Source: Antedon mediterranea (lineage: Eukaryota; Animalia; Echinodermata). From it: a DNA stretch of 64,000 bases. The notes beneath the pieces are model-generated. The model was given only the letters and a program-made list of their open reading frames with translations. It did no database searches and was not told where the DNA came from. Position numbers and translations under genes: made by a program. The stretch lies in assembly GCF_964355755.1 (NCBI RefSeq), contig NC_092672.1, forward strand, positions 27,658,437 to 27,722,436. Reading direction: 5' to 3'. This document shows, one piece after another, positions 23,496 through 38,045 of the stretch; position 1 is the stretch's first letter, and each line of letters begins with the position of its first letter.

Positions 23496-26189
23496 CTACC
23501 ACTATGCAAAATGTGACGAGACTAATCGACAGCTAGGCAAGACACATTCAACTAACTAGTATTGGTCATTAGCCCAAATAAAGTTTAGACACACGAGAAT
23601 AAAGAATGTGTATAATTTTGTGTACTGTAATTTTTTAATTCTGTTATTTTATTATCAAACAATATGCATGTACTCAAAGGAACTTTAAAAATGCGCGTAT
23701 ATGAACACGAGAATAAATTTTGTGTAATGTAATTGTTTAATTTTGCTGACTTATTACTCGGAGTACCTAACACACACACCCACACAGACTACTAGAATAG
23801 ACACGAGCTTTAGAGACTAATAATTAGGCCTAATAGTATTAATAGAAACTATAATTTTAACACGTAATTCTTTAGTAATAGATTCTATTAAAAAAAAACA
23901 AAAAAACTAAAGACAGATTATTTCGACAATCCACACAAAACGCCGCTATTCTCTTATGAAATCGCACGCCGCAAACACAGTGGAGAATCGCCTACTAGGC
24001 CTAGAATCGTATCGCAGTTGTTCTTGTTGCTATACGCTTGGGTGCACACGGAGCAAGAAAATTTAACTGATGAATTATTCATGTTTATTTTGTGACGTTT
24101 CATGAGGGGGTCCCCAACTTATGTACGAAAAAAAAAATCGCGGCCGGGCCTGCGTGAAAATTGAAAAGATGTGTTTATGCAAGGGTGTGTAGAAAGCGAT
24201 GACCTCAAATTGGACGACCCCAACCAGGGGCGGATCTAGAATTTTGATAAAGAGGGGGCCGATATGGGAAAAATAATCGTCTAGACGTCCGGAGATAGCA
24301 TCTGAGGCGTTTTGGCCAGTCGATTCTTGTCATATAATTATCTGAATATAGTGGGTTTTATAGACCATAATAGCCTATACGGAACTGTTTTTTTTTTGCG
24401 CCTAAAGCCTGTTTTCCCGTCGCGAATTTTTACACAATTTTTACGCGATCGTTAATGGTTTCTTGGTTCTTTCAACGTTGCTGGGACACATTGACGTGAA
24501 GTTTTGCAAAGCCAAGGCCGGTCACGCGCAGCCGGGACCGTGTGAAAATTGAAAAAGTTACGGGTTTTGATGCTTCAACCCAGCCGGCTTAGGACATGTT
24601 TTCGCTGATATCTTAATCTAGTTTTTACACTAAAGACAAACATTAAATTGAATTGTTTTAATATTAAAATTTAGTTTTACTTACACTTGTTATTTTGAAA
24701 TATCAGACCTTAAAATAGTACAAAAAACATCGTCACGTTGTAAAAAATCAAGAATTATCAGCGCGTACGTATTTTTTCACAAACAATGATGACGTAATTT
24801 ATGAACTATTTGATTTTTTACCGATCGTAACGTTGAAGTTGAAGTCAGTTCAACCATGGATTAAAGAATAGAAGGATATGCATCGACGGTGACATCAAAC
24901 GATTTTACAACGCGCTTGCCTATACTAAAGCACTGCTGCCAATCAAACAAACACGCTCATTGAACTCCGTGTCTCTAACCTCGGCCCTCTGTAAAACGCT
25001 GCGAATCAACTGTTACATTTTTTCAGACCAAAACGTAACCATGTAGAAATCGTATGCGCAGTCTGAATGTTCTATTGACATGTCTGCATCGATGATTAAT
25101 TGACAAAAAAAATATATTGCTGAATAATTCTGTTTTAGTTTCATCACAATCGGACTATGAAAAGTTCACTTTCTTACGACTGGTAATTTTAAGTAGTTGG
25201 TAATACAGTATTAATAAAATATGCAATTTTTATATTTGAATTATCATTATTTGCCTGCCATCTTCTGTCATTAAAAATTGCGTTAATCTATAGAATATTA
25301 AATTATGCATTTGACCATGTATGTTGTTAGCGTGGCCGGTGTTCACACATACAACAATCGTGTTTTTAATATATGGCTAAGCAGTGGTTTCTTCATAAAT
25401 CTCCTTAATTATCGATGTGATTATATTTAAATTGTAGTGCCTGGTGATTGGCTAGTGGTTATGTCATCCACATCACATCCAATCACCGGGTCTAATTGAA
25501 TGAAAACAGCGATCCCTGATCCAGGATTGGCTGGCTATGTATAGTTGCGATTCGTTACCTAGCGGTCGTTTTGAAAAGTACACGCAGGGCAAACTTAATC
25601 ACGAACAAACGAAGTACCTATTATTATTCACACAAGAAGTAAGACAACGGTGAGTATATAGATCATGATTAGGCATACACGTTGTATCTACTACACTTAA
25701 GATTAGCCTAGGCCTACCTAGGCAGTATCAATGTCGGCAAATCATATGGTTTACTAGTAAGCCTAGAAGGCCTAGGCCTAGTATCCTTGCTGATTTTGTA
25801 ATTTTACATGTAGGCTGAGACAACAAATAGTTATTGTCTCAGATGTAGGGCTACTACAGGTCATAAAATGCTACTTTAATGTCATAAAAACATTAGCGTA
25901 GATCAATCACGACAGAAACCTATACTAATTACAATTATCCCAGCAAACACATAACGTTATGACAACATTCGCGAACGTTATTGTTTGGTTTTCGATAATA
26001 ACGTTACAAAAGTACATTGTCACAACGTCATTAAAACGTTACATAATGTGAATAAAATTACGTTAATACAAAAACGTTTTCACAACGTTTTATTTACGTA
26101 ATTGAGAAACGTTTGATTATTGTTGTATAGTAACGTAACATATTCACGTTTTAATAACGTTTACATGTGACAATTATATTACGTTCAGA

Positions 26190-28600
26190 CCTAACGTTTG
26201 AAAAATACGTTATAAAAACGTAAAATACAAACTATAAAATAACGTTAACTTAAGATGTAATAATAATGTTATAAAAACGTATTATAATAACGTAGTTTTT
26301 ATGTTATTCATTAACGTAACATTTTGACGTCTTGATAACGTACCAATATAACATTTATACAACGTTCAAGAGAAACGTTCAGAAATACGTTATACGAACG
26401 TAAAATACAAACTATAAACTAACGTTAATTTAAGATGTAATAATAATGTTATAAAAACGTATTATAATAACGTAGTTTATATGTTATTCATTAACGTAAC
26501 ATTTTTACGTCTTGATAACGTATCAATATAACATTTATACAACGTTCTAGACAAACGTTCAGAAATACGTTATACGAACGTAAAATACAAACTATAATCT
26601 AACGTTAATTTAAGATGTAATAATAATGTTATAAAAACGTATTATAATAACGTAGTTGATATGTTATTCATTAACGTAACATTTTTACGTCTTGATAACG
26701 TACCAATATAACATTTATACAACGTTCAAGACAAACGTTCAGAAATACGTTATACGAACGTAAAATACAAACTATAAACTAACGTTAACTTAAGATGTAA
26801 TAATAATGTTATAAAAACGTATTATAATAACATAGTTTATATGTTATTCATTAACGTAACATTTTTACGTCTTGATAACGTACCAATATAACATTTATAC
26901 AACGTTCAAGATAAACGTTCAGAAATACGTTATACGAACGTAAAATACAAACTATAAACTAACGTTAATTTAAGATGTAATAATAATGTTATAAAAACGT
27001 ATTATAATAACGTAGTTTATATGTTATTCATTAACGTAACATTTTTACGTTTTGATAACGTATCAATATAACATTTATACAACGTTCTAGACAAACGTTC
27101 AGAAATACGTTATACGAACGTAAAATACAAACTATAATCTAACGTTAATTTAAGATGTAATAATAATGTTATAAAAACGTATTATAATAACGTAGTTTAT
27201 ATGTTATTCATTAACGTAACATTTTTACGTCTTGATAACGTACCAATATAACATTTATACAACGTTCAAGACAAACGTTCAGAAATACGTTATACGAACG
27301 TAAAATACAAACTATAAACTAACGTTAACTTAAGATGTAATAATAATGTTATAAAAACGTATTGTAATAACGTAGTTTATATGTTATTCATTAACGTAAC
27401 ATTTTTACGTCTTGATAACGTACCAATATAACATTTATACAACGTTCAAGATAAACGTTCAGAAATACGTAATACGAACGTAAAATACAAACTATAAACT
27501 AACGTTAATTTAAGATGTAATAATAATGTTATAAAAACGTATTATAATAACGTAGTTTATATGTTATTCATTAACGTAACATTTTTACGTTTTGATAACG
27601 TATCAATATAACATTTATACAACGTTCTAGACAAACGTTCAGAAATACGTTATACGAACGTAAAATACAAACTATAAACTAACGTTAATTTAAGATGTAA
27701 TAATAATGTTATAAAAACGTATTATAATAACGTAGTTTATATGTTATTCATTAACGTAACATTTTTACGACTTGATAACGTATCAATATAACATTTATAC
27801 AACGTTCAAGACAAACGTTCAGAAATACGTTATACGAACGTAAAAAACAAACTATAAACTAACGTTAATTTAAGATGTAACAATAATGTTATAAAAACGT
27901 TTTTTAATAACTTAGTTTTAATGTTATTTATTAACGTAACGTTTTAACGTCTTAATAACGTACAAGTATAACACTTATACAACGTTTAAGACAAACTTTG
28001 TGAAATACGTTGTACAAATGTAAAATGCAAACTATAACATAACGTTAATTTAAGATGTAATAATAATGTTATAAAAACGTATTATAATAACGTATATTTT
28101 ATGTTACTTATTAACATAACATTTTAAAGTCTTGATTAACTCCAAATATAACATTTATACAACGTTCAAAGCAAACGTTCGGCAAACACGTTGTAAAAAC
28201 GTAAAGTACAAACTATAAAATAACGTTATTTTAAGATGTAATAATAATGTTATAAAAACGTATTATAATAACGTATATTTTATGTTACTTATTAACATAA
28301 CATTTTAAAGTCTTGATTAACTCCAAATATAACATTTATACAACGTTCAAAGCAAACGTTCGGCAAACACGTTGTAAAAACGTAAAGTACAAACTATAAA
28401 ATAACGTTAATTTAAGATGTAATAATAATGTTATAAAAACGTATTATAATAACGTAGTTTTTATGTTATTTATTAACGTATCATTTTAACGTCTTGATAA
28501 CGTACCAATGTAACATTTATAAAACATTCAAGACAAACGTTCAGATAATTTTAGATGTAATGCAAATGTATAATATTATCATCACGTAGTATTTATGTTA
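26190..28600. repeat. 180-bp tandem satellite (about 13 copies), left subterminal array
   Basis: taaaatacaaactataa recurs at 26221, 26401, 26581 ... about 28383; most homogeneous in the centre. Confidence 0.95.
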
Positions 28601-29154
28601 TTTAGTAACGTAACATATTGTGTTTTGATTATTATATTAGATTAGTATTTTTTATATTAAATAATGTTTTTGAACACATTTACGGCCGGCATCTTGTTGG
28701 TTCCCCCTCCTGTTGGAATCACTTTTTAGTCTGGAGTACGCCCTCTCTGGATAATTTAACGGGTTTGTTGATCGCGCCCTCAATTTAAGAGTTATTTTGA
28801 ACAACAATCTTAATAACAATTACTTAAATTTTACGCTATTAGAAGCGCAAACAAATGACTATTTTTTATAAATGTCTCCTTCAATCTGTGCGCGCGTCTT
28901 AAAAAAAACAAACTTACATTAAATTAGGTTTTTTACTATATTTAGGCCTATTTATATTTTTATAGAATAATTTGTGTTTATAAACTATGTATTTTATTTC
29001 CGAACAAAAATTTATATAAATATAGGCCTAGGCCTACTAATACTACTAGCCTAGTTAGGCCCAGCCCCCCCCCCCCCACACCCTAAAAATCCCCTTCCCA
29101 TAAAAGAAAGAAGAATAAAACAGATCTGTCATGCCTACCCTAGTAGGCCTCTTA

Positions 29155-29155
29155 T

Positions 29156-29193
<38 letters not shown>

Positions 29194-29236
29194 GATTTTT
29201 ATAGCGCACATACCACTCCAGAGTGCTCAAGGCGCA
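29155..29236 (-). mobile_element. L2/CR1-type LINE or SINE 3' tail with (TAT)n
   Basis: Minus strand gcgccttgagcactctggagtggtatgtgcgctataaaaatct(tat)n. Confidence 0.5.
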
Positions 29237-31096
29237 TAAAATAATAATTATCATAATTATATGATTGTATTGCAACCACGTCTTTAGAAAAAAAAACAAT
29301 TTGTATCCAAATCTAATTTGATACGAAAACATCCTTCCACATTCCAAGAAAAAAAACTAGCTCCTACTACTAGCTATTCTATACAGTACAATTTCTACAA
29401 TACAACATCAATCAAATTTCCCTCCGCAAAAGAGGCCTACACTTTTTGAGACTCGTCAACTTATTGTTTAAGAATGGAGATATTTTTTGCTCCGTCGATA
29501 AATATTTTCCCGTCGAAGTAATTCTTAGTTCATTACTAGGTAGTATAAGTATAGGCTTTGATAAATTATTTAATACAAATAAAAAAGTAGAACCACCATA
29601 AATTTTTTCCGCTATAGTAGGCCTAAATGGCATGGTCTAACTTAACCTTCTACCTACTAGGGAACGTAGGTTGGCCGAGGCACTCTACTTGACTTGCTAG
29701 GCCCCCCACACTACAAGTCCTAGGCCTACCCGTTAGGCCAATTTCTATCTCGGAGTGGTGATAAGGATACGCAGCTAAAGTGAATTTCCTCCGCTACACT
29801 GAACCACGAGCTAAGCCTACATATTTACCGAGACTCGTCAATTTATTTTTTATGGCATCAATGCTACATATTTTGCCCATTGGTAATACATTTTATGGTA
29901 CTAAAAGTACTTATTAATTTAATTAATTATGTCTATACTTTATTTATTTAGATATTTAGTTTTCGTTTCTTGTTGAATAAACTACAAATAAATAAAGCTA
30001 TTGTATTTCTAAAGGTTCCTTTAGCAAAATGGAATCACCTTTCCTATAGTATAAGAATACAAAAATATTTATGATCTGGCTATCTAAACGATGTAGTCTG
30101 TGGGTTTAAAGAATACTCGAGCGGAAGAATAGAACACACAATAACCATATCTATTACCAGTAAAACAGCGTCCTCTCATATTATTTCGCGTAGGTTTCAA
30201 ATAACGGGGAAAAAAAGTCAAATAATATCTAATTAATGACTAATAATTACATTACATTTAATATTTAATAGCATAAGTGTGTTCCACTCATAAAAGAGTA
30301 TTTAATTCCAAAATGTTAATACAGTATATCGGAAAGTTAGATTTTTTATTAGTAATAGATATTTAGTATTATTTGGATAAAATAAAACTGTAAAACATCA
30401 TTAAAAAACCATCGCGGAAAAATACTTAACCAATTTCAATTTTGTTCAAATTTGGTACAATGATTTTATATGTATTTATTTATCTTTAGTATAAAAATTG
30501 GGCACTTTACTAGAATTTAAGATGATTTGGACATTTTTAATTTTTCAAAATATGATGCCTATGGTTCTATAATACATTTACAACATTTTTTTACTAAAAG
30601 TGCGCCTAAGTTAATTTAAAAAAAAACTTGACACTAGTATTTTTCTTTTACATTATAACATTTGTGTAGTACATATAAATAATACAAATAAAAAAAAAGT
30701 AGGCGTGCCTATGATATTTTCTTGGGTTTGACAGTAATTTTCATTGGTGAAACGTTGGCTGCTAGTTAAATTTTCTTAATCAAAAGATCAATTATTGTTC
30801 ATTTTGGTATATTAGTGGAGAGTGAGATCAAAGCAGTCGTGAATTAAAATTTCCATAATTTCATATTATTACATTCGCCATTTACATCGCATTATAAATA
30901 GTATTTTATAGTGGATTTAGAATAGCTAACATCATGTGTGTAGTTTAAACCATGGAGGTATAAACTAACTACACTATATCAGCAGATAATGCAAAGATTG
31001 GAATTAATTGTAAGTCCCCCGTGCATTTGGCAATAACAACAGGAAACAACATATCATTGCATATTTACTTTAAAATCTTATCTAAATGTCTAATAA

Positions 31097-34000
31097 AGGA
31101 AATAATATTGATCAAAGTATTTAACTACACTCAACAAACAATCGAATTCTATAAAGCAAAATTGTTTATCAAAATTAGGATGAATACAATTACATAATTA
31201 GTCATCAGTGTAGCTCATTTCCTTTAACAAACGTTGGTTCTTAGAACAGTGTATTTTTCACTTTTTCATTAAATTGTGTATTCAAAATAAGTATACACTC
31301 ATTAAAGAGCGTTATTAAACACAAACGATTGTATTGTATTTAAAAATTTGAAATAAATTTCTAAATAAAACTCACTTCACTTTCCAAATCCTGAGTTTGA
31401 GAATGCAAATTGAAAAAAAAGGAAGATTAGGCCTATAGGGGGCCTATTGGTAAATTGAAAGCATGAAATGTTCCTTAAATTAAATCCTCCGAATTAATTT
31501 GTATGGCGTAATTATGATTAGTTTATTTCTAAATTCTGAAGAATGCGTTCTTATTGAACATAATATGGTGCGGCTTGCTAGACTCCCAACTTGTACCGAT
31601 CATATTACAAGAAGGTAGTCATTAATTTCCATGGTAACTGGTCTTAAATGTATAGGATAAGGTCAACTCCATCAATTCATTAATAATATAAAGAAACAGA
31701 ATCGTACGTCCAGTTATGATAGTTAATGATTACAGTTTATATTATACAGTTTCATTATTTATTCGGTCTATTTCAGTATATACATATACAAATTTGGGAG
31801 ACCAGGGTCAACCTTAGTGAACCTAATCACTGTAGCTGAGCCGGTTATTTTAAAAACTATTGTATCTTTAGAAACTAAAGTTTCACATATAAAATATACT
31901 AACAAATGGTAGGATAGTCTAGTCATAGTATTTAAACTTTTTAAGCGCAATAATGCTGAATAGGGCTTACAATGTCATCAACATGAAATATTACTTAATA
32001 ATAAATGTTTAAACGTTTGCAGAATTATTCTGTTGAATTAATTATTAGTATAGTACTAGTACAGTAGGTATATTATTAATTAGGTGAATCTAGTACTTAT
32101 TTGTGACTTTTATGAATAATATAACCAATGATCTCAGGGAATCGGTTAACCATGAAGGAAATAATATTGATCAAAGTATTTAAATCTACTCTCAACAAAC
32201 AATCGAATTCTATAAAGCAAAATTGTTTATCTAAATTAGGATGAATACAATTACATAAGTAGTCATCAGTGTAGCTCATTTCCTTTAACAAACGTTGGTT
32301 CTTAGAACAGTGTATTTTTCACTTTTTCATTAAATTGTGTATTCAAAATAAGTATACACTCATTAAAGAGCGTTATTAAACACAAACTATTGTATTGTAT
32401 TTAAAAATTTGAAAGTTAACATTTAAAAAGTATAATACACGGCCGATGTACATAATATTTAATCCGAGTTCTACACTGTAACTTGTGCAGATATCCTATT
32501 ACAAGAGGGTATGTCGTTAATTACCATGGTAACTTATATAAATCAACCTTCTAGAATGGAATTTAAAGTATAGGTCAACATTAACCGCTTGGCAAACAGA
32601 TCTTAAATTAAAAACCATTTAAAGACAAAACAGTATTGACCGATATATATGTTTGTTTTTGTTCTTTCTGATTACAATTTTATTACCAACTATCATACTT
32701 TTCTGCTTAACTGTGTTTTTATATTATTATATAGCTACATTTATTCATTCATATTTTGTATTTCACCTAATGTTATCACATTTATTTCCGCCCTTTAGAT
32801 ACAATCTATAATTTCAAAATATAATCCTGTGTTCTTATTTTGTTGTGTTTTGTATAATGTAATTAATTTGTAATTAAACTATCCCCTGCTATTACTTCAT
32901 CAATAACGATTGCACGGGACCATATTAATTATTATATAAAGACGGGAAAGGCACAAGAATTACAGTTTTTATGGCCGTTTGACTACAAAATAGCCGGCTG
33001 AGAGACCCATATTTCTAAATAAAACTCACTTCACTTTCCAAATCCTGAGTTTGAGAATGCAAATTGAAAAAAAGGAAGATTAGGCCTATTGAGGGGGCCT
33101 ATTGGTAAATCGAAAGCATGAAATGTTCCTTAAATTAAATCCTCCGAATTAATTTGTATGGCGTAATTATGCTTAGTTTATTTCTAAATTCTGAAGAATA
33201 CGTTCTTATTGAACATAATATGGTGCGGCTTGCTAGACTCCCAACTTGTACCGATCATATTACAAGAAGGTAGTCATTAATTTCCATGGTAACTGGTCTT
33301 AAATGTATAGAATAAGGTCAACTCCATCAATTCATTAATATAAAGAAACAGAATCGTACGTCCAGTTATGATAGTTAATTATTACAGTTTATTTTATACA
33401 GTTTCATTATTTATTCGGTCTATTTCAGTATATACATATACAAATTTGGGAGACCAGTCAACCTAAGTGAACCTAATCACTGTAGCTGAGCCGGTTATTT
33501 TAAAAACTATTGTATCTTTAGAAACTAAAGTTTCACATATAAAATATACTAACAAATGGTAGGATAGTCTAGTCATAGTATTTAAACTTTTTAAGCGCAA
33601 TAATGCTGAATAGGGCTTACAATGTCATCAACATGAAATATTACTTAATAACATGTTAATAATAATATGTTTAAACGTTTGCAGAATTATTCTGTTGAAT
33701 TAATTATTAGTATAGTACTAGTAGGTATATTATTAATTAGGTGAATCTAGTGCTTATTTGTGACTTTTATGAATAATATAACCAATGATCTCAGGGAATC
33801 GGTTAACCATGAAGGAAATAATATTGATCAAAGTATTTAAATCTACTCTCAACAAACAATCGAATTCTATAAAGCAAAATTGTTTATCTAAATTAGGATG
33901 AATACAATTACATAATTAGTCATCAGTGTAGCTCATTTCCTTTAACAAACGTTGGTTCTTAGAACAGTGTATTTTTCACTTTTTCATTAAATTGTGTATT

Positions 34001-36200
34001 CAAAATAAGTATAAACTCATTAAAGAGCGTTATTAAACACAAACGATTGTATTGTATTTAAAAATTTGAAAGTTAACATTTAAAAAGTATAATACACGGC
34101 CGATGTACATAACATTTAATCCGAGTTCTACACTGTAACTTGTGCAGATATCCTATTACAAGAGGGTAAGTCGTTAATTACCATGGTAACTTATATAAAT
34201 CAACCTTCTAGAATGGAATTTAAAGTATAGGTCAACATTAACCGCTTGGCAAACAGATCTTAAATTAAAAACCATTTAAAGACAAAACAGTATTGACCGA
34301 TATATATGTTTGTTACGTTTTTGTTCTTTCTGATTACAATTTTATTACCAACTATCATACTTTTCTGCTTAACTGTGTTTTTATATTATTATATAGCTAC
34401 ATTTATTCATTCATATTTTGTATTTCACTTAATATGTTATCACATTTATTTCCGCCCTTTAGATACAATCTTTAATTTCAAAATGTAATCCTGTGTTCTT
34501 ATTTTGTTGTGTTTTGTATAATGTAATTAATGTGTAATTAAACTACCCCCTGCTATTACTTCATCAATAACGATTCACGGGACCATATTTATTAGTATAA
34601 AGACGGGAAAGGCATAAGAATTACAGTTTTTATGGCCGTTTGACTACAAAATAGCTGGCTGAGAGACCCATATTTTTAAATAAAACTCACTTCACTTTCC
34701 AAATCCTGAGTTTGAGAATGCAAATTGAAAAAAAGGAAGACAGGAAAGCTGACAACCAATAAGTTGTCAATGTATTTTAAGCAAATGAGTGGGCCTATTG
34801 GTAAATTGAAAGCATGAAATGTCCCTTAAATTAAATCCTCCGAATTAATTTGTATGGTGTAATTATGCTTAGTTTATTTCTAAATTCTGAAGAATACGTT
34901 CTTATTGAACATAATGGTGCGGCTTGCTAGACTCCCAACTTGTACCGATCATATTACAAGAAGGTATTCGTTAATTTCCATGGTAACTGGTCTTAAATGT
35001 ATAGAAGGTCAACTCCATCAATTCATCATATAAAGAAACAGAATCGTACGTCCAGTTATGATAGTTAATTATTACAGTTTATATTATACAGTTTCATTAT
35101 TTATTCGGTCTATTTCAGTATATACATATACAAATTTGAGAGACCAGGGTCAACCTAAGTGAACCTAATCACTGTAGCTGAGCCGGTTATTTTAAAAACT
35201 ATTGTATCTTTAGAAACTAAAGTTTCACATATAAAATACACTAAAGTAACAAAGATGGTAGGATAGTCTAGTCATAGTATTTAAACTTAAGCGCAATAAT
35301 GCTGAATAGGGCTTACAATGTCATCAACATGAAATATTACTTAATAATAATATGTTTAAATGTTTGCAGAATTATTCTGTTGAATTAATTAGTAGTATAG
35401 TAGGTATAAATATTATTAATTAGGTGAATCTAGTACTTATTTGTGACTTTTATGAATAATATAACCAATGATCTCAGGGAATCGGTTAACCATGAAGGAA
35501 ATTATATTGATCAAAGTATTTAAATCTACACTCAACAAACAATCGAATTCTATAAAGCAAAATTGTTTATCTAAATTAGGATGAATACAATTACATAATT
35601 AGTCATCAGTGTAGCTCATTTCCTTGGTTCTTAGAACAGTGTATTTTTCATCTTGAAAATAGTTCCATTGATAATTCCGTATGATAATTCAGAAATGTTG
35701 ATCTCACTTTTTCATTAAATTGTGTATTCAAAATAAATAAAATTATAAAACAAAACATAGTCATTGTCATACACTCATTAAACACAAACGATTAAAAATT
35801 TGAATGTTAACATTTAAAAAGTATACGGCCGATGCGGTGTACATTATAATATTTAACTCGAGATCTACTCTGCAACTTGTACTATCCTATTACAAGAGGG
35901 TACGTCGTTAATTACCATGGTAACTTAATGGAAGTTAATTTATAGGTCAACATTAACGCATTGGCAAACAGATCTTAAAATACAATTTAAAAACTTTAAA
36001 GACAAAACAGTATTGACCGATATATATATGTTTGTTTTTGTTCCTTCTGATTACATTTTTATTACCAACTATCATAATTCTCTGCTTAACTGTGTTTTTA
36101 TTTAATATACAGCTACATTTATTCATTCATATTTTGTATTTCACCTTATAATTTGACTTGTATGACACATATGTCACATATCAAATTTATTTCCGTTCTT
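31097..36200. repeat. About 1.66-kb tandem duplication (about 3.4 copies, first with an internal deletion)
   Basis: aaggaaataatattgatcaaagtatttaa recurs near 31097, 32155, 33812 and 35495 with long near-identical blocks. Confidence 0.92.
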
Positions 36201-37778
36201 TAGATAAAAAGTTTGCAAATGTAACGAGGTTGAAATGAATATCACTTTGTTTGAGTATGTCCAAACTACAAAGAAATTAGTCACTGCTTTTTGAAAAATG
36301 AGAAAAGTTTATATTTTTACTAATGAATAACAAAAATAAAAAAGTAATCAATAACCTGGTATAATTTGCCCTTTTCGCTTATAAAAAGAAAACTAACTAT
36401 TATGCTTTTACTGCTACTTACATTTAATTTTATATAGGCCTATTCTTTTATATTATGGTACTTGGGCCAGTGGCCTACTGTTGAATAATGTATAGTAACC
36501 TGTTGATCAGCTTATTGCTAATGTCGGTAACTTGATCATACATTACAAGAATGTAAGGTCGTTAATTTCCAGAAAGCCAACAATTAGTAATACAATTAGT
36601 AATAATAATGATAATATATTCGCTTAAAACTTGAAAATATTAATAATACTGATAATAAATTGATAATAACATTAACTCCATCATATAGGTTAAGTATTGT
36701 TCGATATGTAAGATTACCTTGTTTTTACTAATTTCATTTTACTTGTATAATTCGCTTCTTAGTTAAGACTTAAATGTTATTTTTTGATACTTTTCTTTTT
36801 GTTTTTACATTGCCTTGTAAATGAACGCACCGTCTTATAAACGTGTGCCGCTGATACAAAAGCGTTCGTTCAATAAATTTATCTTTATCTTTATCTTACA
36901 GAATAAAGTATAAGGTCAACGTTATTAACTTGTACAAGTAAATCTAAAGATAAAAGCTCTTTATGGGATGTTCTATCCAATAAATAAGTAAATTTAAACT
37001 TACGAATAAAAAGAAATTCAATTATTAGGCTCTAGGAATGGTGATAAATATCTATATGTAGCGATATTCTAAAAGCAGTATTGTTATCTTATTGTATTTA
37101 AGTTCATATTTACTTAGTAGCTTGTATATCCCCAATGATAGTTTGATTTTACACATTCCACACTCTGAATTAATTAAGATTGTACCTCCTTTATTTATCT
37201 AGGTTTCCATAACAACTGGTCAATTTTGTGGGTTTTGTGGTGGGGAATAAGAAAGTTTTATAGCCTGTGTTATCATGGAATACTGTGAAATTGGATATAT
37301 GAGTCAGATCTGTGTAGTTAGTATTGAGTTTTAAAAGTAAGCAGTTGTGTTATAATTAAAAAAAGCATTTTCTATTGGAATTCTGTGTTTCATCGATTTT
37401 GTAGCTGAAATTGAGAACCTGGGTTTAAGTTATTATTGTTATTATTTTGTGAAGAGCTACATATAGAGTATAGACTAAAGTTTTACATAATATAAAATCT
37501 ACTAACAAAGGGTTATGATAATCATAAATGAAGCGCAATAATGCTAAATAGGGAATGCTAAAATAGGGCTAAATAGTCTACAATAACTTACTGGGTTGAT
37601 CAAACCATGGATCTATAAAGTATAGGTTCAAACTATCGAAGTCTAGTCAATTTGTTTTAGAGCTACAAACATTATTTGTTCAAAATAAATAATTGTATTC
37701 GTGGAGGTGAAACGTCGCCATTTAAAAAGCTTGCTTGAGTCATCGGCACTGCGCCTTCTTTACATATCAGGGTATCAA

Positions 37779-37831
37779 CCAATCACAGACGGAGCTCAGA
37801 ATATTAAATTCGACACGGCGCGGGATTTAAA
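37779..37831 (+). promoter_or_regulatory. Putative TATA-less promoter: CCAAT box plus E2F/CDE-CHR-like GGCGCGGGATTTAAA
   Basis: Motifs lie just upstream of a candidate first exon ending at a GTGAGT donor (about 37955). Confidence 0.4.
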
Positions 37832-38045
37832 TTCTAAATACAATACATACGTGTCACTTGCATTCTGCTGCGGAAAAAGAGAAGCTCGTTCAAAAAATCA
37901 AGTAAACTATCCTAATTATTATCAACAACAACTTCTACAAGCCAATATATTTGCGGTGAGTTATTGTTTCATTAATCGTTATATATTGAGGCTTTTTAAT
38001 TTTTGGTTAATCGACGATGCTTTGTATCTTTTCCTACAGAAAACA

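Larger units (their letters stand above)
20560..24150. repeat. Forward-reverse-forward triplication of a ~0.9-kb long-TIR element
   Basis: Forward 20560-21425, reverse 21430-23320, forward 23345-24150, with fold-back junctions; monomer at 47741-48822. Confidence 0.75.

Noticed and set aside
26190-28600. CRISPR array or coding repeat
   Set aside because: Whole 180-bp units repeat with no unique spacers, no ORF and no cas genes.
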